Of a DNA stretch of 64,000 bases, positions 26,199 through 37,327 are shown in pieces; position 1 is the first letter of the stretch; the number at the start of each line of letters is the position of its first letter. The translations under genes and the position numbers were made by a program. The notes beneath the pieces were generated by a model, which was not told where the DNA came from, did not search any database, and worked only from the letters and a program-made list of their open reading frames with translations. The DNA comes from Flectonema sp. DT1601 (Eukaryota): positions 1,550,001 through 1,614,000 of the forward strand of contig OZ025785.1 of the NCBI GenBank assembly GCA_964019425.1. The letters run 5' to 3'.

Positions 26199-26811
26199 AC
26201 AACAAACCTTAAGAAACCTTCCCGTGACCGCCTCTCCCGACATCAAAGAAATCAAAAAGCAGCTTTCTGGTGGCCACTGAAAGGCGTTACTCAACCAGTT
26301 AGTTAAGAACATCTACGGCAGATATAATTAATTAGTAATTAAACAATGGGAGTAGTCTAAAATAATACATCATCTTCTTGTAAGTTTATAACAAAACACG
26401 GTACTGGATGCTTGCGACACTTCTGTTTGACTGCCATCCGTTCCTTTACTTGGTGTCCTATCCCACCTCTCCGAGTGTGTGGTCTGTTTATCAAATTAAC
26501 GGAAAAGACGAACTTTAAAAAAAAAAGATTATAAGAAAACAAATAACAAAAAAAAAAAAAAAGGAGGGGGTGGGTGAAAGGGGGGGAAAGAATACCGTCC
26601 TTTGATCTGTTCGTTGGTCGGAGACAAGCTCAAAACTTATTTTACTTACTCTGCATAACTTTTAATTTTATCTCTCAGGATGAGTAAGCTGTAGTAGTGT
26701 AATAGTTTGTTGTTGGGCCTCTCTCTCAACCTCTGTAGTCGAATCGGGTTAGTAACGTTTCTTCCTCATCGATATTATAAACAGACGAGTCAAAATTAAA
26801 GAAAACACAAT

Positions 26812-27162
26812 ATGGAAAACTGGCCTGACATCCGAGAACTCGTAAAACACTGGGGCGAGGACGAAAACAGGTCACCGAAATTTACTTCACTCACATTGTC
26901 GGGAATGAAGGTGCCAATAGAAGGCGGAGTTTGGACAGTAGCAACAGCGATGTTTATGAAAAGACAGAATCTGTTAGTGTTGGAAGTAGAACCAGTTAAT
27001 GGTCAACCAGGAAGTGGTGATAAAATAACAATAATTAAACCATCTTCTGTAACAAAAACTGACTCCACAACTTGGGTCATTCCCGAAGCCGAAGGCCTAC
27101 AATGGGGTGACCGAAATATCACCATGGAGAAGGGACAAGAAGCTGTCATCTTCAGTAGGTAG
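26812..27162 (+). CDS. Hypothetical protein, 116 aa, beta-rich
   Basis: ATG-initiated ORF on the cluster strand with protein-like composition; no family recognised. Confidence 0.6.
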   Translation: MENWPDIRELVKHWGEDENRSPKFTSLTLSGMKVPIEGGVWTVATAMFMKRQNLLVLEVEPVNGQPGSGDKITIIKPSSVTKTDSTTWVIPEAEGLQWGDRNITMEKGQEAVIFSR

Positions 27163-27353
27163 ACTCGTTTTAGCCTTTCCTCAGTTTAGTTTAAATTAAC
27201 CAGAAAGTCGTTTCTTATAATACTTGTTGAGAGCACTGTCTGTTTGTTATTCAGGCTGCGAGTCTGGAACACAATTATTGCGATAGAAGAACGCTATCCC
27301 TTTTTATGTTCAATAATTCTAATATTATTTAATCAGACAACATAACAACCAAC

Positions 27354-30300
27354 ATGAGCAATAAGAAAGTTGTCGAAGAAGAAGAAGAAGATGGACCTCC
27401 TTCGGGATGGGACAAGTGCAGAGTAGCTCCATTTGATACGCCGTTTGATGATTTTGAGAGAAACGTATCTTCCATGATTAGCGGAATAGAAGTGACTCGT
27501 TACCGTGAAGGTAAGAAACCTTGTCAGTACTTTATGAGTATGGATGACGCGAAGACTAAGATTACTTTTATAAAATCTCAAAGAAAAGAAGAAACACCAC
27601 TACTTCGACACATCTGTTGGATAGTTGACATTAAAGGTATCTTGAAGGGTCATACGACTTCTGGATTTCAGGAGGTCTTGAAAGACATCGACCCCGACTC
27701 TAAAAACAGATGTTTTTCAATAAACTACGACATCCCTCGTAAGAGTGATGATGGAATGCTTGAAGTAATGTTTCCAGAAAAACAAGGAGAAACTACTTCA
27801 ACAGACTTCCGGATGTGGTATTGGACTTTACAATATTTAAAACTATCAGCTCGTCTACGAACTGAAATAAACCCATTCCCAATCGCTATTGATAAGATGT
27901 GGGTACTTGGTGATTCTACTGGAGATGGTTCTCTCAGTAGAAATGAAGTTTTCGACCTCCTTAAAAAGATCTTAAACATAGAAATGAAACCCAAAAAGAA
28001 AGACGAATTATTCAGCAAATGCGACCGTCGAGGTGAAGGATCACTATCCCGATCAGACTTAGAAAGACTTGTCTGGATGATAAAGAACCACGAGACCTGT
28101 CAGTTCTTATGGCAGAGATACGCTGATGGTGTTACTCGTATGAAAGACAAACAACTTGGAGCTTTTATGTTAAACGAACAAGAGATGTCAAAGTCAGTTG
28201 TTGACGTTGAGTATGCGAGAAATACAATAAAGACATTAACTGGAACTGTAGGTGGAATGGATGAGAAGATGTTTAATATTTATTTGACACAATCATCGTT
28301 GAATGACGGAATGGATCCAAGCGCTAAGACTACTTACCAACCGATGGACAGACCCTGGTCAGATTACCACGTTAAGTTCGCTTGTCATGTTCCCACCACT
28401 CCAGAAAGTGACAAGTCCGCATCCCCATCAGCTCTAATCGGAACTTTACTAAACTTAAATGTCAAAGCATTTCACTGTCGTCTTTTTGGTCCAACAAAGG
28501 GGAAAACCGACGACGGTTGCTGGGTCGGCGATCCCCAAGGCCGTCGTCAAGACTGTTGTCTTCTACGAGATTACTTGTCGGTGTTTAGAGACACGGCATT
28601 CCAAGCAGAGCAGTCAGAGTATCCAATTATTTTAATATTCGAAGTCTGCTGCAAAGAGAAGGATCAGGAAATCGCAACCCTCGCCATTCAAGAACAACTC
28701 GGATTCCGACTGAAAGATTCCAACCAATCACAAGTCATATTGTGTCCCTCACAGGCTAAGAAGTCTTACCTGGTAGCGGCTTATGCTACTTCATCATCAA
28801 AAGAACCCATTGAGCTCTGTGATGAATGGTCAGCTGTTACATATTTTGGTTGTCTTCCTTACAAAGCATCCGCTTCAACAACAGAAAAGAGAATGAAACG
28901 ATCAAACCCTTACATCGTTATTATGGATTGGGACCAGGTTGATGGTCAATGTGAAAGTGAAGGGAAATGGTCAGCCTTTAGAGCTCACACTTACAATTGG
29001 ATGGCAGCATACGTTCCAAAGAAAGAAGGTCATGAAGTGTATCAAATTAAGGAATTGGCTCTCGTAAATGGAAAGCGAACAGAAGTTGAATGTGTTTGGG
29101 ATGATGGAGTTAGAGTAGCAACAGCAATAGCAGCAGGTGTAAACTTAGCAGGTATTAATTATCATTTATCTGACATCGATGATAATAGTAGTCAGATTGC
29201 TGTAGCCTCAGGAAGATTCCTCCAAAATGGAAACTCTGGATGGGTTCGAAAGGCAAAAACAAAACGACACGTCCCAATCTTGAACCCAAAATCCGAATCT
29301 GTTGTGAAAGAAACTAAAAAGAAATCTGCAGTGCAGAAGAAAAAGAAAGAAAGCTGCCCTACCGAGTCCAGCTTACGATGTGGATCGTGGAAAGTTGTGA
29401 TTGATATTATTAGCGCTCATCAGTTACCAGCTGAGGGTGATTTTGATCAAACGAACTTCTTTACCGACTACGATATCACCGATCCCTGCGTCATGGTCAG
29501 AGTTGATGGACTTCGTAACACACAATTAAAACGAACTCGAGTAGTTCAAGACAACGGATTTAATCCTGTTTGGGGTGAAGAGATGATATTCGAAGTGGAG
29601 GATGCTGAAGAAGCGATTATCACATTTACTGTAGCAGAGTCTGACTTAGTTGATACAGTTAACCTCGCGATGATATCACTTCCAGTATCTTGTTTAAGAA
29701 GTGGTTATAGATGTATATTCTTAAATGATCCAACTGGTAACGCGGTATCAGAACTCCCATCTCTGTTCTTCCGAACCAGATTTCAACGACGCGGTGATAT
29801 CGTTCATCTCATCGAAACAGAGCAGCTGATCAGATCGCAACTAAAAGATGCTCTCTCTGATATGGACAGCGCATCTCAACTTCTTATCGATGAGCAGGCA
29901 AAGATCGTCCGCGTTCAAAAAGCAACCGCTCACGGGCAAACAGACAAAAAGAAAATCGACGCCGAACTCAAATCTTACAACGGCATGGAATTCAGTCTCG
30001 GGATCTTCTCATTCTTTGTTAACTTTGATAAATGGAAAACTGTATTCTGTATGGGTGAGGTGGAAGAAGAGGAGGAGGTTTTTGTTGAAAAGGAAGCGAT
30101 GCCTATCAACGTCAGCAAACCTCCAACAAGAGAAGAACGAGAGAAGAGGACTCAAGTCAGAGAACAGACTCAGTCACTCTCAGCAATGCGATTAGCGAAC
30201 TCGACTGCTGTTGGCTCTCGTAAAGGTGGTTCTGTTGCATCATCTCGTCGGCAGTCTGCTAATGAAAACGATCGGAGGCTGACAGCAGCGAGGCTCAGCA

Positions 30301-30488
30301 AGCATAGTCTTACAACTTCTCAAAAACGACCACTTTTCAGTGATCCCTCGACAACTACGAAAAACATAAATCCAATCGATTCTCGTTATCGTAGGATGTC
30401 TGATCAAAGACGTTCAATCGAACACAGCAAGTCTGGTGAGAGTTCTCTAATGTCCTCCATATCAATGTCTGTTACTCAGGATAACTAA
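27354..30488 (+). CDS. Phosphoinositide phospholipase C-like protein (PH, EF-hands, degenerate X/Y, C2, coiled-coil tail), probably catalytically inactive
   Basis: YQPMDRPWSDY (X-box start), SEYPIILIFE, CPSQAK, GRFLQNGNSGWVRK (Y-box end), C2 IISAHQLP..DP..TRVVQDNGFNPVW..LRSGYR; EF-hand DSTGDGSLSRNE. Confidence 0.85.
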   Translation: MSNKKVVEEEEEDGPPSGWDKCRVAPFDTPFDDFERNVSSMISGIEVTRYREGKKPCQYFMSMDDAKTKITFIKSQRKEETPLLRHICWIVDIKGILKGHTTSGFQEVLKDIDPDSKNRCFSINYDIPRKSDDGMLEVMFPEKQGETTSTDFRMWYWTLQYLKLSARLRTEINPFPIAIDKMWVLGDSTGDGSLSRNEVFDLLKKILNIEMKPKKKDELFSKCDRRGEGSLSRSDLERLVWMIKNHETCQFLWQRYADGVTRMKDKQLGAFMLNEQEMSKSVVDVEYARNTIKTLTGTVGGMDEKMFNIYLTQSSLNDGMDPSAKTTYQPMDRPWSDYHVKFACHVPTTPESDKSASPSALIGTLLNLNVKAFHCRLFGPTKGKTDDGCWVGDPQGRRQDCCLLRDYLSVFRDTAFQAEQSEYPIILIFEVCCKEKDQEIATLAIQEQLGFRLKDSNQSQVILCPSQAKKSYLVAAYATSSSKEPIELCDEWSAVTYFGCLPYKASASTTEKRMKRSNPYIVIMDWDQVDGQCESEGKWSAFRAHTYNWMAAYVPKKEGHEVYQIKELALVNGKRTEVECVWDDGVRVATAIAAGVNLAGINYHLSDIDDNSSQIAVASGRFLQNGNSGWVRKAKTKRHVPILNPKSESVVKETKKKSAVQKKKKESCPTESSLRCGSWKVVIDIISAHQLPAEGDFDQTNFFTDYDITDPCVMVRVDGLRNTQLKRTRVVQDNGFNPVWGEEMIFEVEDAEEAIITFTVAESDLVDTVNLAMISLPVSCLRSGYRCIFLNDPTGNAVSELPSLFFRTRFQRRGDIVHLIETEQLIRSQLKDALSDMDSASQLLIDEQAKIVRVQKATAHGQTDKKKIDAELKSYNGMEFSLGIFSFFVNFDKWKTVFCMGEVEEEEEVFVEKEAMPINVSKPPTREEREKRTQVREQTQSLSAMRLANSTAVGSRKGGSVASSRRQSANENDRRLTAARLSKHSLTTSQKRPLFSDPSTTTKNINPIDSRYRRMSDQRRSIEHSKSGESSLMSSISMSVTQDN

Positions 30489-30723
30489 CTACTGGAAGTT
30501 GTGTATTATATTGCTCTTCTTTATTTTATTTACACATCTCAACTACTTTCTTGTCGTCATTTACACTCTTCGGATTTCTTGACTATTTGTGATTGTTGCA
30601 GTATTCTATTATTTAACTCCAGGTATTCTAATCTAATGATTGTGAAGTAATTATCTAACAGTTTGTGTTCTGTGAATTCTAAAAAAAAAAAAAAAAAAAT
30701 TAACTTTTTTCAGATTTACAACT

Positions 30724-32001
30724 ATGACCGCTCGTGGACTAACAATCTTGTCAGGTGCCTCCTGGGGCGCTGATATGGGAGCTTTGATTGCAGCGAAGAG
30801 TATGAATATTCCAACGTCAGGGATAAGTCATCGAGGAGCTCTAAAGGAATATAATATGACAGCAGCTGTGAATGAAAGCTACTCTTCGAGGGACAGGATG
30901 AATGTTGACGCCAGTGATGCTGTTGTTGCATTCAAGACAAATGATCCAAATACTGGAAGAGGAACTTCAATTACAGTTGAGTACGCTCGCAGTGGACGCA
31001 GTAACTTCATTCAGTTACAACCACCAAGTGAAGGATATTTCTCATACACAATGACAGGTACTAAACCTATTCTAATCCTTTGGGGTGAAGCTGGTGAAAG
31101 CCACTCACAAGCTCTCAGAAAGTTCATTGACATCAACAACCCCAAATCATTACTTGTGTGTGGATCTATTGAGAAGAATTCACCAGGTATTCAACACTAC
31201 GTAAAGAATGTTTTCATCAACGCTTTGGGTGGAGAGGCGTCTTTCGGAAAGTCACCATCGAAACCAACACCGAAAACAACTTTAACAAAAACTGTTGTTA
31301 AGAAGATTACAACTAATCTTCCTCATTCACATTATTTAGTTATGGATTTTGAGGCTTCTGGTCACAATCGTGATTCTACTAGTTGGGAGATTGTTGAATT
31401 CCCTTGTGTTGTTGTGGAAGCAGCAACAATGAAAGTCGTTGATGAATTCCATCGTTACGTAAGACCGACAACCGTAAAGAACCTCTCTGAGTTCTGTATT
31501 GACCAGTGTGGTATAACTCAAGAGATTGTTGATAAAGCTGATCCAATCTTTATAGTCCTCAACGACTTTCTCAAATGGGTTGACACAAAAGACTATAAAT
31601 CAGCTGTAGTACTCACATGTGGTAATTATGATTTGAGAACTGCTCTAAAAGCTGAAGTAGTAAACAAAGGATTGTCACCACTTCCAAAGTTCTTAAAGTG
31701 TTGGGTAAATATAAAAGAAGTATTCGCAAAACACTTTGCATGTAAGCAAGCAGGTATGGATGGAATGCTAAGGAAGCTCAACATTCCACTTGTCGGAAGA
31801 CATCATTCGGGGATTGATGATTCGAAGAACATCGCAAAGATACTCGTCCACTTAGTTAATAAGTCTGGTGTACCACCTCCAACTGTAACCGGAAGCTACG
31901 GGTTAGATCCTTCTGAACTAAAACATGCTGACGACGTTACAGAAAGTTTCGTGACATACGAATTGCCTCAAAAAAAAAGAAAAAACCGATTACAGAAATA
32001 G
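30724..32001 (+). CDS. Fusion of N-terminal SLOG (cpYpsA/putative molybdenum carrier-like) domain and ERI1-type DEDDh 3'-5' exonuclease
   Basis: ILSGASWGADMGAL..Y..R..MNVDASDAVVAF..GRGTSIT, then LVMDFEAS, EIVEFP, FHRYVRP, TCGNYDL, GRHHSGIDDSKNIA, in one uninterrupted ORF. Confidence 0.85.
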   Translation: MTARGLTILSGASWGADMGALIAAKSMNIPTSGISHRGALKEYNMTAAVNESYSSRDRMNVDASDAVVAFKTNDPNTGRGTSITVEYARSGRSNFIQLQPPSEGYFSYTMTGTKPILILWGEAGESHSQALRKFIDINNPKSLLVCGSIEKNSPGIQHYVKNVFINALGGEASFGKSPSKPTPKTTLTKTVVKKITTNLPHSHYLVMDFEASGHNRDSTSWEIVEFPCVVVEAATMKVVDEFHRYVRPTTVKNLSEFCIDQCGITQEIVDKADPIFIVLNDFLKWVDTKDYKSAVVLTCGNYDLRTALKAEVVNKGLSPLPKFLKCWVNIKEVFAKHFACKQAGMDGMLRKLNIPLVGRHHSGIDDSKNIAKILVHLVNKSGVPPPTVTGSYGLDPSELKHADDVTESFVTYELPQKKRKNRLQK

Positions 32002-32482
32002 GTTTGATTAGCTACCGATACCGTGTTTCATAATTCATTGAAATATACGTGTGCAGGTTCTGAAGAACTCTAACACGTTATTCACCAACTGACGTGACAT
32101 TTCCCTTATGGAAGTCTTTGTTCAGCATGGTTACATTTTTATTTTTATTTTCAATAAATATTCCTCCGTACCGTTCAGCAGACAAGTACGCTGTCCGAGT
32201 CAGCTGTTGGAACGGTCTGACCAGCAGTCTGTTTAACAACTTCAGCACAACTAGCGACGCACAGTTTGCCCTTTCCAAATAGTTGTTCTTTCTGAGTAAA
32301 GAATAACAACAGTCGGTATCTAACCTTTCCGACCCCTGAATAGTTTGTTATTTCTTGTAGTTCAGAATACGTTAAAAACACTTAACAGGAATGTAACACA
32401 AATATATTAATTTGTTTATTGATATGCTCAGGTGGGATTACTTTACTTTTGTTTACTGTCGCAGTCCTTCACATGAAGAAAG

Positions 32483-34198
32483 ATGACTATCCTCTACAAT
32501 TCGAAGAACATGTTGTCGATAGTCTTCCGACTACGGGGAAGTGTCTTTCTTCGTATTAAAAGTCTCATCGCGTACGCAGTGTTTGCATCTCTACTCGCCT
32601 GTGTTCTTAGTCGTCATATCGATGGCCATCCACCGTATGGAACGTCTTTGAGTACTACGGGGTTGTCGTTTTTGTTGTCGCCGTTGACATTTTTAATTGT
32701 TTTCAGCACCAATACCGCATCTCAAAGGTTTTGGGCTGCCAGGAGTTGTGTATCGTCGTTATTTAGTGACGTGTTGGGATTCACTAGAATGTTTTGTAGT
32801 TATGTTCATGGTGACACTGCTCAACATCGAGAAGTTAGACTGACGTTCATGAGATTGACGTCACTGTTCGTATCACTGGCGGTGTCAGAAATATCGCAGT
32901 TTGACGTTGAATCCAATCCGAGTCAGTCGTCTCTTCCTCCACCCTCACCAGGAACTAGTGGACCTTCAGAACCATTTTTCAAAACCAGAGTAGACTCACC
33001 TTGCGGTCAACCTGAAGAGGAACTCGAAAGGGCAGAAGTTCTCGACTCGGATGAGGAATCTGAAACGGGCATTCCTTTCATCACAAAAAAGGAGCTCCAA
33101 ATCCTTACAACCCATCGAGGAAGTAAGGGAATTATTAATCAACGTTCAACAGTTGCTATTAGTCTTTGGTTGTTAATTATGATATCAACTTGTGAAGAGT
33201 TGGAACTAATCGAAGATCACATTGCGATTTCAATGAATCGAATCCTTTCAAACGCTCTGCATAATTCGAACGAAGCGATTTCTCTTCGAGCGAATCCAAT
33301 TCCGTATCCGTACATTCAATTATTGAATTTTATTCTCGTCGTTGCGATGTTCCTTGTTCCTTGTACTGTTGTTACAGAGAAAGATATAATTGTATTTGGT
33401 GTGACCATCGTACTTACTTCTGTTCTTGGAGGTATCGCTGAGGTAGGCGGTGACATCACCGACCCCTTTGGTGAGAGTCCCAGCGATCTCCCGCTGCATG
33501 AAATGTGTTTTGAGATTCTCGAGTGTGTAATTTATTTTATTTTTTTTGGTATTTCTATAAGTTTTTGATCTGAATATTAAAAAACATCCACACACAGTGC
33601 AATGGCAGCAATGCTTCACCAACGGCAACCCTTCTCAAGTGAAGACCACGAAATACTACGAAACCCATCTCGTCACAGCGGTCAAGCTGACTCCTTTGAA
33701 GCAGTTCTGGAGACAATAAAGAGATACTGTTCCTGTTTTAAGTGTCGGCATTGTGGACATTCAAAGGAAACAACACCTTGCTGTACAGTAACAGGACTAC
33801 TGCATGCGGATGAGGGTCAGAAATTTGACAACAATGACACCGCCAGCTTCGTGAAAGATGAGAATAACGCAGCCAGGAAAATACAAAAATTATGGAAGAA
33901 GAAAACTCCCAACAACGAAGAACATTCAGCTTCTCCAAAACGGAAACGAGTAGTAACGATCTTACCTGATGAGATTGAGAAACCTCCTAATGATGTAAAT
34001 AATAAACACGGCAGTCCATTGGGGAAATGCATTTTTAAAAAGATCGCACTCGACAACATCGAAGCCTCAAATCATAAAAGTCCCCTCAACGGGAAGGACT
34101 CATCTATCGATGCTACTGATAATAATGAAGAAGACTTTGAGACTGGTAACATGGTTGAGTATGAGACTGCATCAGAAAGTTCTTTAAATAGTAGTTAG
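32483..34198 (+). CDS. Bestrophin-family anion channel; exons 32483..33522, 33598..34198 (546 aa)
   Basis: FLIVFSTNTASQRFWAAR, PIPYPY, DITDPFGESPSDLP; several TM segments. Confidence 0.85.
33523..33597 (+). other. Spliceosomal intron, 75 nt
   Basis: GTGTGT...CATCCACACACAG; joins ORF 32483 to the frame of ORF 33602. Confidence 0.75.
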
Positions 34199-34687
34199 TG
34201 AAGACGTTGTGATATTTTATAACTTTGACAGTTAGTTGAAACCGCTGCAATCGAAAGGTCTGCCAACTCCTTTTTACAAATGGGGTGCTTGTTGACATCA
34301 TCGTGCAGTTCTATTTATTTAATTATCGCTGTGTGGAATAATAATTATAAAGCTTCTCTTCTACAGTTCTCAAAATATTATTTCGCAATGTGAAAGGCAA
34401 AAAAAAAAATGTTCCTCACTTTTCGATCTGTACCTGTAATGTGCTGCGCTCTTTGAGTCTTATTACTGTGTCTTTGTATCAATTACGTTATCACTTTTAG
34501 ACACATTTATTACAGACTATCATTGTATGTTGTATTTATTAGTAGCTTACACACTCACTTTGTAGGATACACAATAAACTATCACTTGTGTTTGGTGAGG
34601 AAGAATGCTTGCACGTAGGGTTTTAATATTAAATGTTTTTGTTCTTTTCTATTTTAGCAAAAAGAAGAAACCCAAACCACACACACC

Positions 34688-35320
34688 ATGTTAATCGTTG
34701 ATATCTTTGAACTGAAGTCAACCAATGATGCTGAGCAACAGAAAGAGTTAGATTACAAGTTCGAGCAGTTCGGCGGAGTACTCCGATTTCTGGTGAAACC
34801 ATTTGCGACGGCTGAAACTTTAGTGTCTGAAGCTCTGGAGCGTGACAATCGACTTTGTAAAGCATGTACTAAGTGGAATACCTCCACAGGTAGGCAACAA
34901 GTTTGTTCATCGACTGGTTGCACTTGATGGAAAATGTAAGCATAAAGTCAAGGGATTCATTAGTCAATTTGTCTTTGACGAATGCATGCGATATCTTGCA
35001 GACCAGGAACAACAAACGGTGGCAACCTATGTCAAGGGTATCTCCGAACAGGGGGCAAAGGGATGCTTCTTTGAGGCGATGTTCTACCGTGACATTGTTG
35101 CAAAATCTGACATGAAACTGATGTATGTTATAAAAGAGCAAGTCCAAGAACTATCTATTTCAATTGATTTCAGCTACACCTTCGATGATGTACCTACCAA
35201 CGACATCCTGTATAGACCAACAAAAAGAAACTTCCATGGATTGGACTTCTTCTGTTTGAAAGAAGTGCTAATTTTCCTGTAGACAGAGCGAAAGAAAGGG
35301 TTAAGCCACAAGTACTAACA
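34688..35320 (+). pseudogene. Crinkler/RHS-like (NTPase + REase) gene fragment
   Basis: KFEQFGGVLRFL, HRLV, KGCFFEAMF, LYRPTKRNFHGLDFF. Frameshift near 34840; TAG at 35280 where the Gln of FLQ is expected. Confidence 0.6.
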
Positions 35321-35409
35321 GAGCAAGATTTCCAAACATTCACAACGGGGTAGCATGGCGCCGCCTCGTGGTGAGGCTCGGCCGGGCGCGCGCCGTCACA
35401 GGGGGTGGG

Positions 35410-35812
35410 TGGTAATGTTGTATCAACTATCCTAGTTACGTTATTACTTATAATGCCGAGTAGTAGTCCTTGTTCCTTACACCATGTAATGAAAGGTTTT
35501 ACATCTGAGTATAATTCATATCCATCATCGGTATACCTCGCCGGTTTTTCCTGAAAACTGGCATCCGCAATTTTCGAACGAACGCCTGACGGTGTATTTC
35601 CACCAGCTTCTGTCAGAGAGCTGTTCTTGTCCTGTAAAGCAGGGATATTTTTGAAGTCCTTCCTTAAATGCTGCTCTGAATCCTTTTTTCATCTCATCTT
35701 CAGAAACACTAATCCCAACCCAACGACCAGCATCACAGTAAGCCGATGCAACATCAGTTTTCAGCTTTGTTAGCGTACCTGTAATGTCTAAAGTGACGCA
35801 AGGGATTTCAAA
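35410..35812 (-). pseudogene. HAD-superfamily hydrolase (HDHD3-like) fragment
   Basis: Motif I VTLDITGTL and cap ..KYPCF..WW..VRRSF; after a frameshift, DGYELYSDVKPFITWCKEQGLLLGIISNNVTRIVDTTLP (motif II). No ATG, truncated before motifs III/IV. Confidence 0.75.
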
Positions 35813-36140
35813 CTTAAATGTACAAGTATGAAAAAACCCTGTGATAAAGCGTAAAGAATGACAAAATGGAAAAGTAAAACAATGAAGAATTTTCTGATTT
35901 TTATATATAGAGGGACACGTTCCCAAGGATAACTTGTAATAATGCAAGCTTGTTTTATAACACACGGAATTTGCACATCCGAAATAATTGTTAAATGTAA
36001 AATGCCTTATCTAGAGACAGTGTCTACAGCCAGGTCGGCGCAACACTTTTTGCCCATGATCGGACTCGTCTAAATTGAGGATAAATGATCGAAGATGAGA
36101 ACTGAAACTTCATTGTACACTAGAGCAGAAAAGACAAAGG

Positions 36141-37185
36141 ATGATATTACGTAATTTAAAACTGCCATTTGCAAGGTTCCCAAGGAAAGGTTTGCGGGTT
36201 TTCTTATGTGTATCGCTGGATAATCGCTGAAAGTTAAAGTTGCAGGAAGTTGAAAGAACATTTGTACTTGGCTATGATATGACTTCAAGTCGATTGGGTG
36301 ATAATGACATCAAACATCTGATCATTCAAAATGACTACATACTTTCTCTTGTACTAATAAGTAAGAATTCCAATAATCCAGAACTTGAGAAAAAAGAAAA
36401 AAAAACTGCTGACAATAACCATCAATAACAGGAATGACTGAAATAAATGACTGCATCTAACTCAAAACTTCACCACGAAAACTGGCTGAAAAAATCAATC
36501 ATGGAGGAAAATATTCTGGTACTCAGTGAAGACCGGGTTACCTCATTAAAATCTATTGGGACTTCCTTTCTTTCAGGGCTGGTCAATTCAACATAGAAAT
36601 GGATTTCTTTAAAGAACACAGAGAGACAGTATTTGTTGGTACAACGTTGACACACATAATGATGACCAAACAAATTGCGTTCCCCTGAACTTAAATGGTT
36701 CAGCTACTGCTACTGTTACTTTTTCTGGGGTGTGGGCGTTCAAATCCTTCGACGCTAGGTGCAGTCCATCCTTTGCAAACAAAATCATTAGACTCTCGAG
36801 CGTTATTCAATTCAGGAACGTCGAAACTGTCTTTTTCATACGGAAGAACATAGATGACAATGCGCTTCCTTACAACGTATCCTTCTTTTTTATTCTTTTG
36901 ACGGACATCTTTCAGAAGATTACAGATGTCCTTATTCTTGAAGTCTAACGAGTCATGAGCATTATCGGAAACAGTTGTGAAGCATGAATAAGTCGGCCAT
37001 CTGCTTGCCAGATTTAAACATTCCATCCACCAATGGTACAATTCACTTTGTACAATGTTCTTGCTTTATTTCATTTCACCCCAGTACAATTAACAACGTA
37101 AATGCCGCACGGTTCCCCGCAAACCCGCAAACGCTTATCACTTGGGAACCTTGCAAATGGCAGTGTTTAATTTATCTAATATCAT
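36141..37185. repeat. Imperfect ~60-bp inverted repeat pair (36141..36201 / 37121..37185)
   Basis: Perfect 24-bp core ACTGCCATTTGCAAGGTTCCCAAG (36161-36184) is the reverse complement of 37141-37164. Also GTTTGCGGGTTT / AAACCCGCAAAC and ATGATATTA / TAATATCAT. Confidence 0.9.
36740..37045 (-). pseudogene. Second CRN/RHS-like REase C-terminal fragment
   Basis: VPLVDGMF..LFML in one frame, then TVSDNAH...RIVIYVLP in the next frame. Resembles the RHS/CRN PLVDG..Q.T...H...IIYV pattern. Confidence 0.5.
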
Positions 37186-37327
37186 TTCTCTTGTTTTCAT
37201 TTCATTATTTATCGCGACGTGTTATTAAGGATTTGTACTCTCGTCGCCTAACATAATATCTTTTCCCCCCACTCAGTCGCCGTTGGGTATTTTTCAATCA
37301 AAAGGTCAATTGTTATATTGACCTAAG

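Noticed and set aside
26680..26830. Micro-exon ATG-A plus 101-nt intron (26684-26784) upstream of ORF 26812; unspliced it reads MSKL*
   Set aside because: The spliced product is out of frame with the ORF and stops after 15 codons; at most a 5' UTR intron or uORF, unsupported without cDNA.
35341..35435. Helitron 3' end (hairpin plus CTAG)
   Set aside because: The CTAG is about 40 nt from the palindrome and lies inside the HAD coding relic.
36470..36673. ZZ-type zinc-finger fragment (GHHYVCQRCTNKYCL) on the minus strand
   Set aside because: Too short and incomplete to support.
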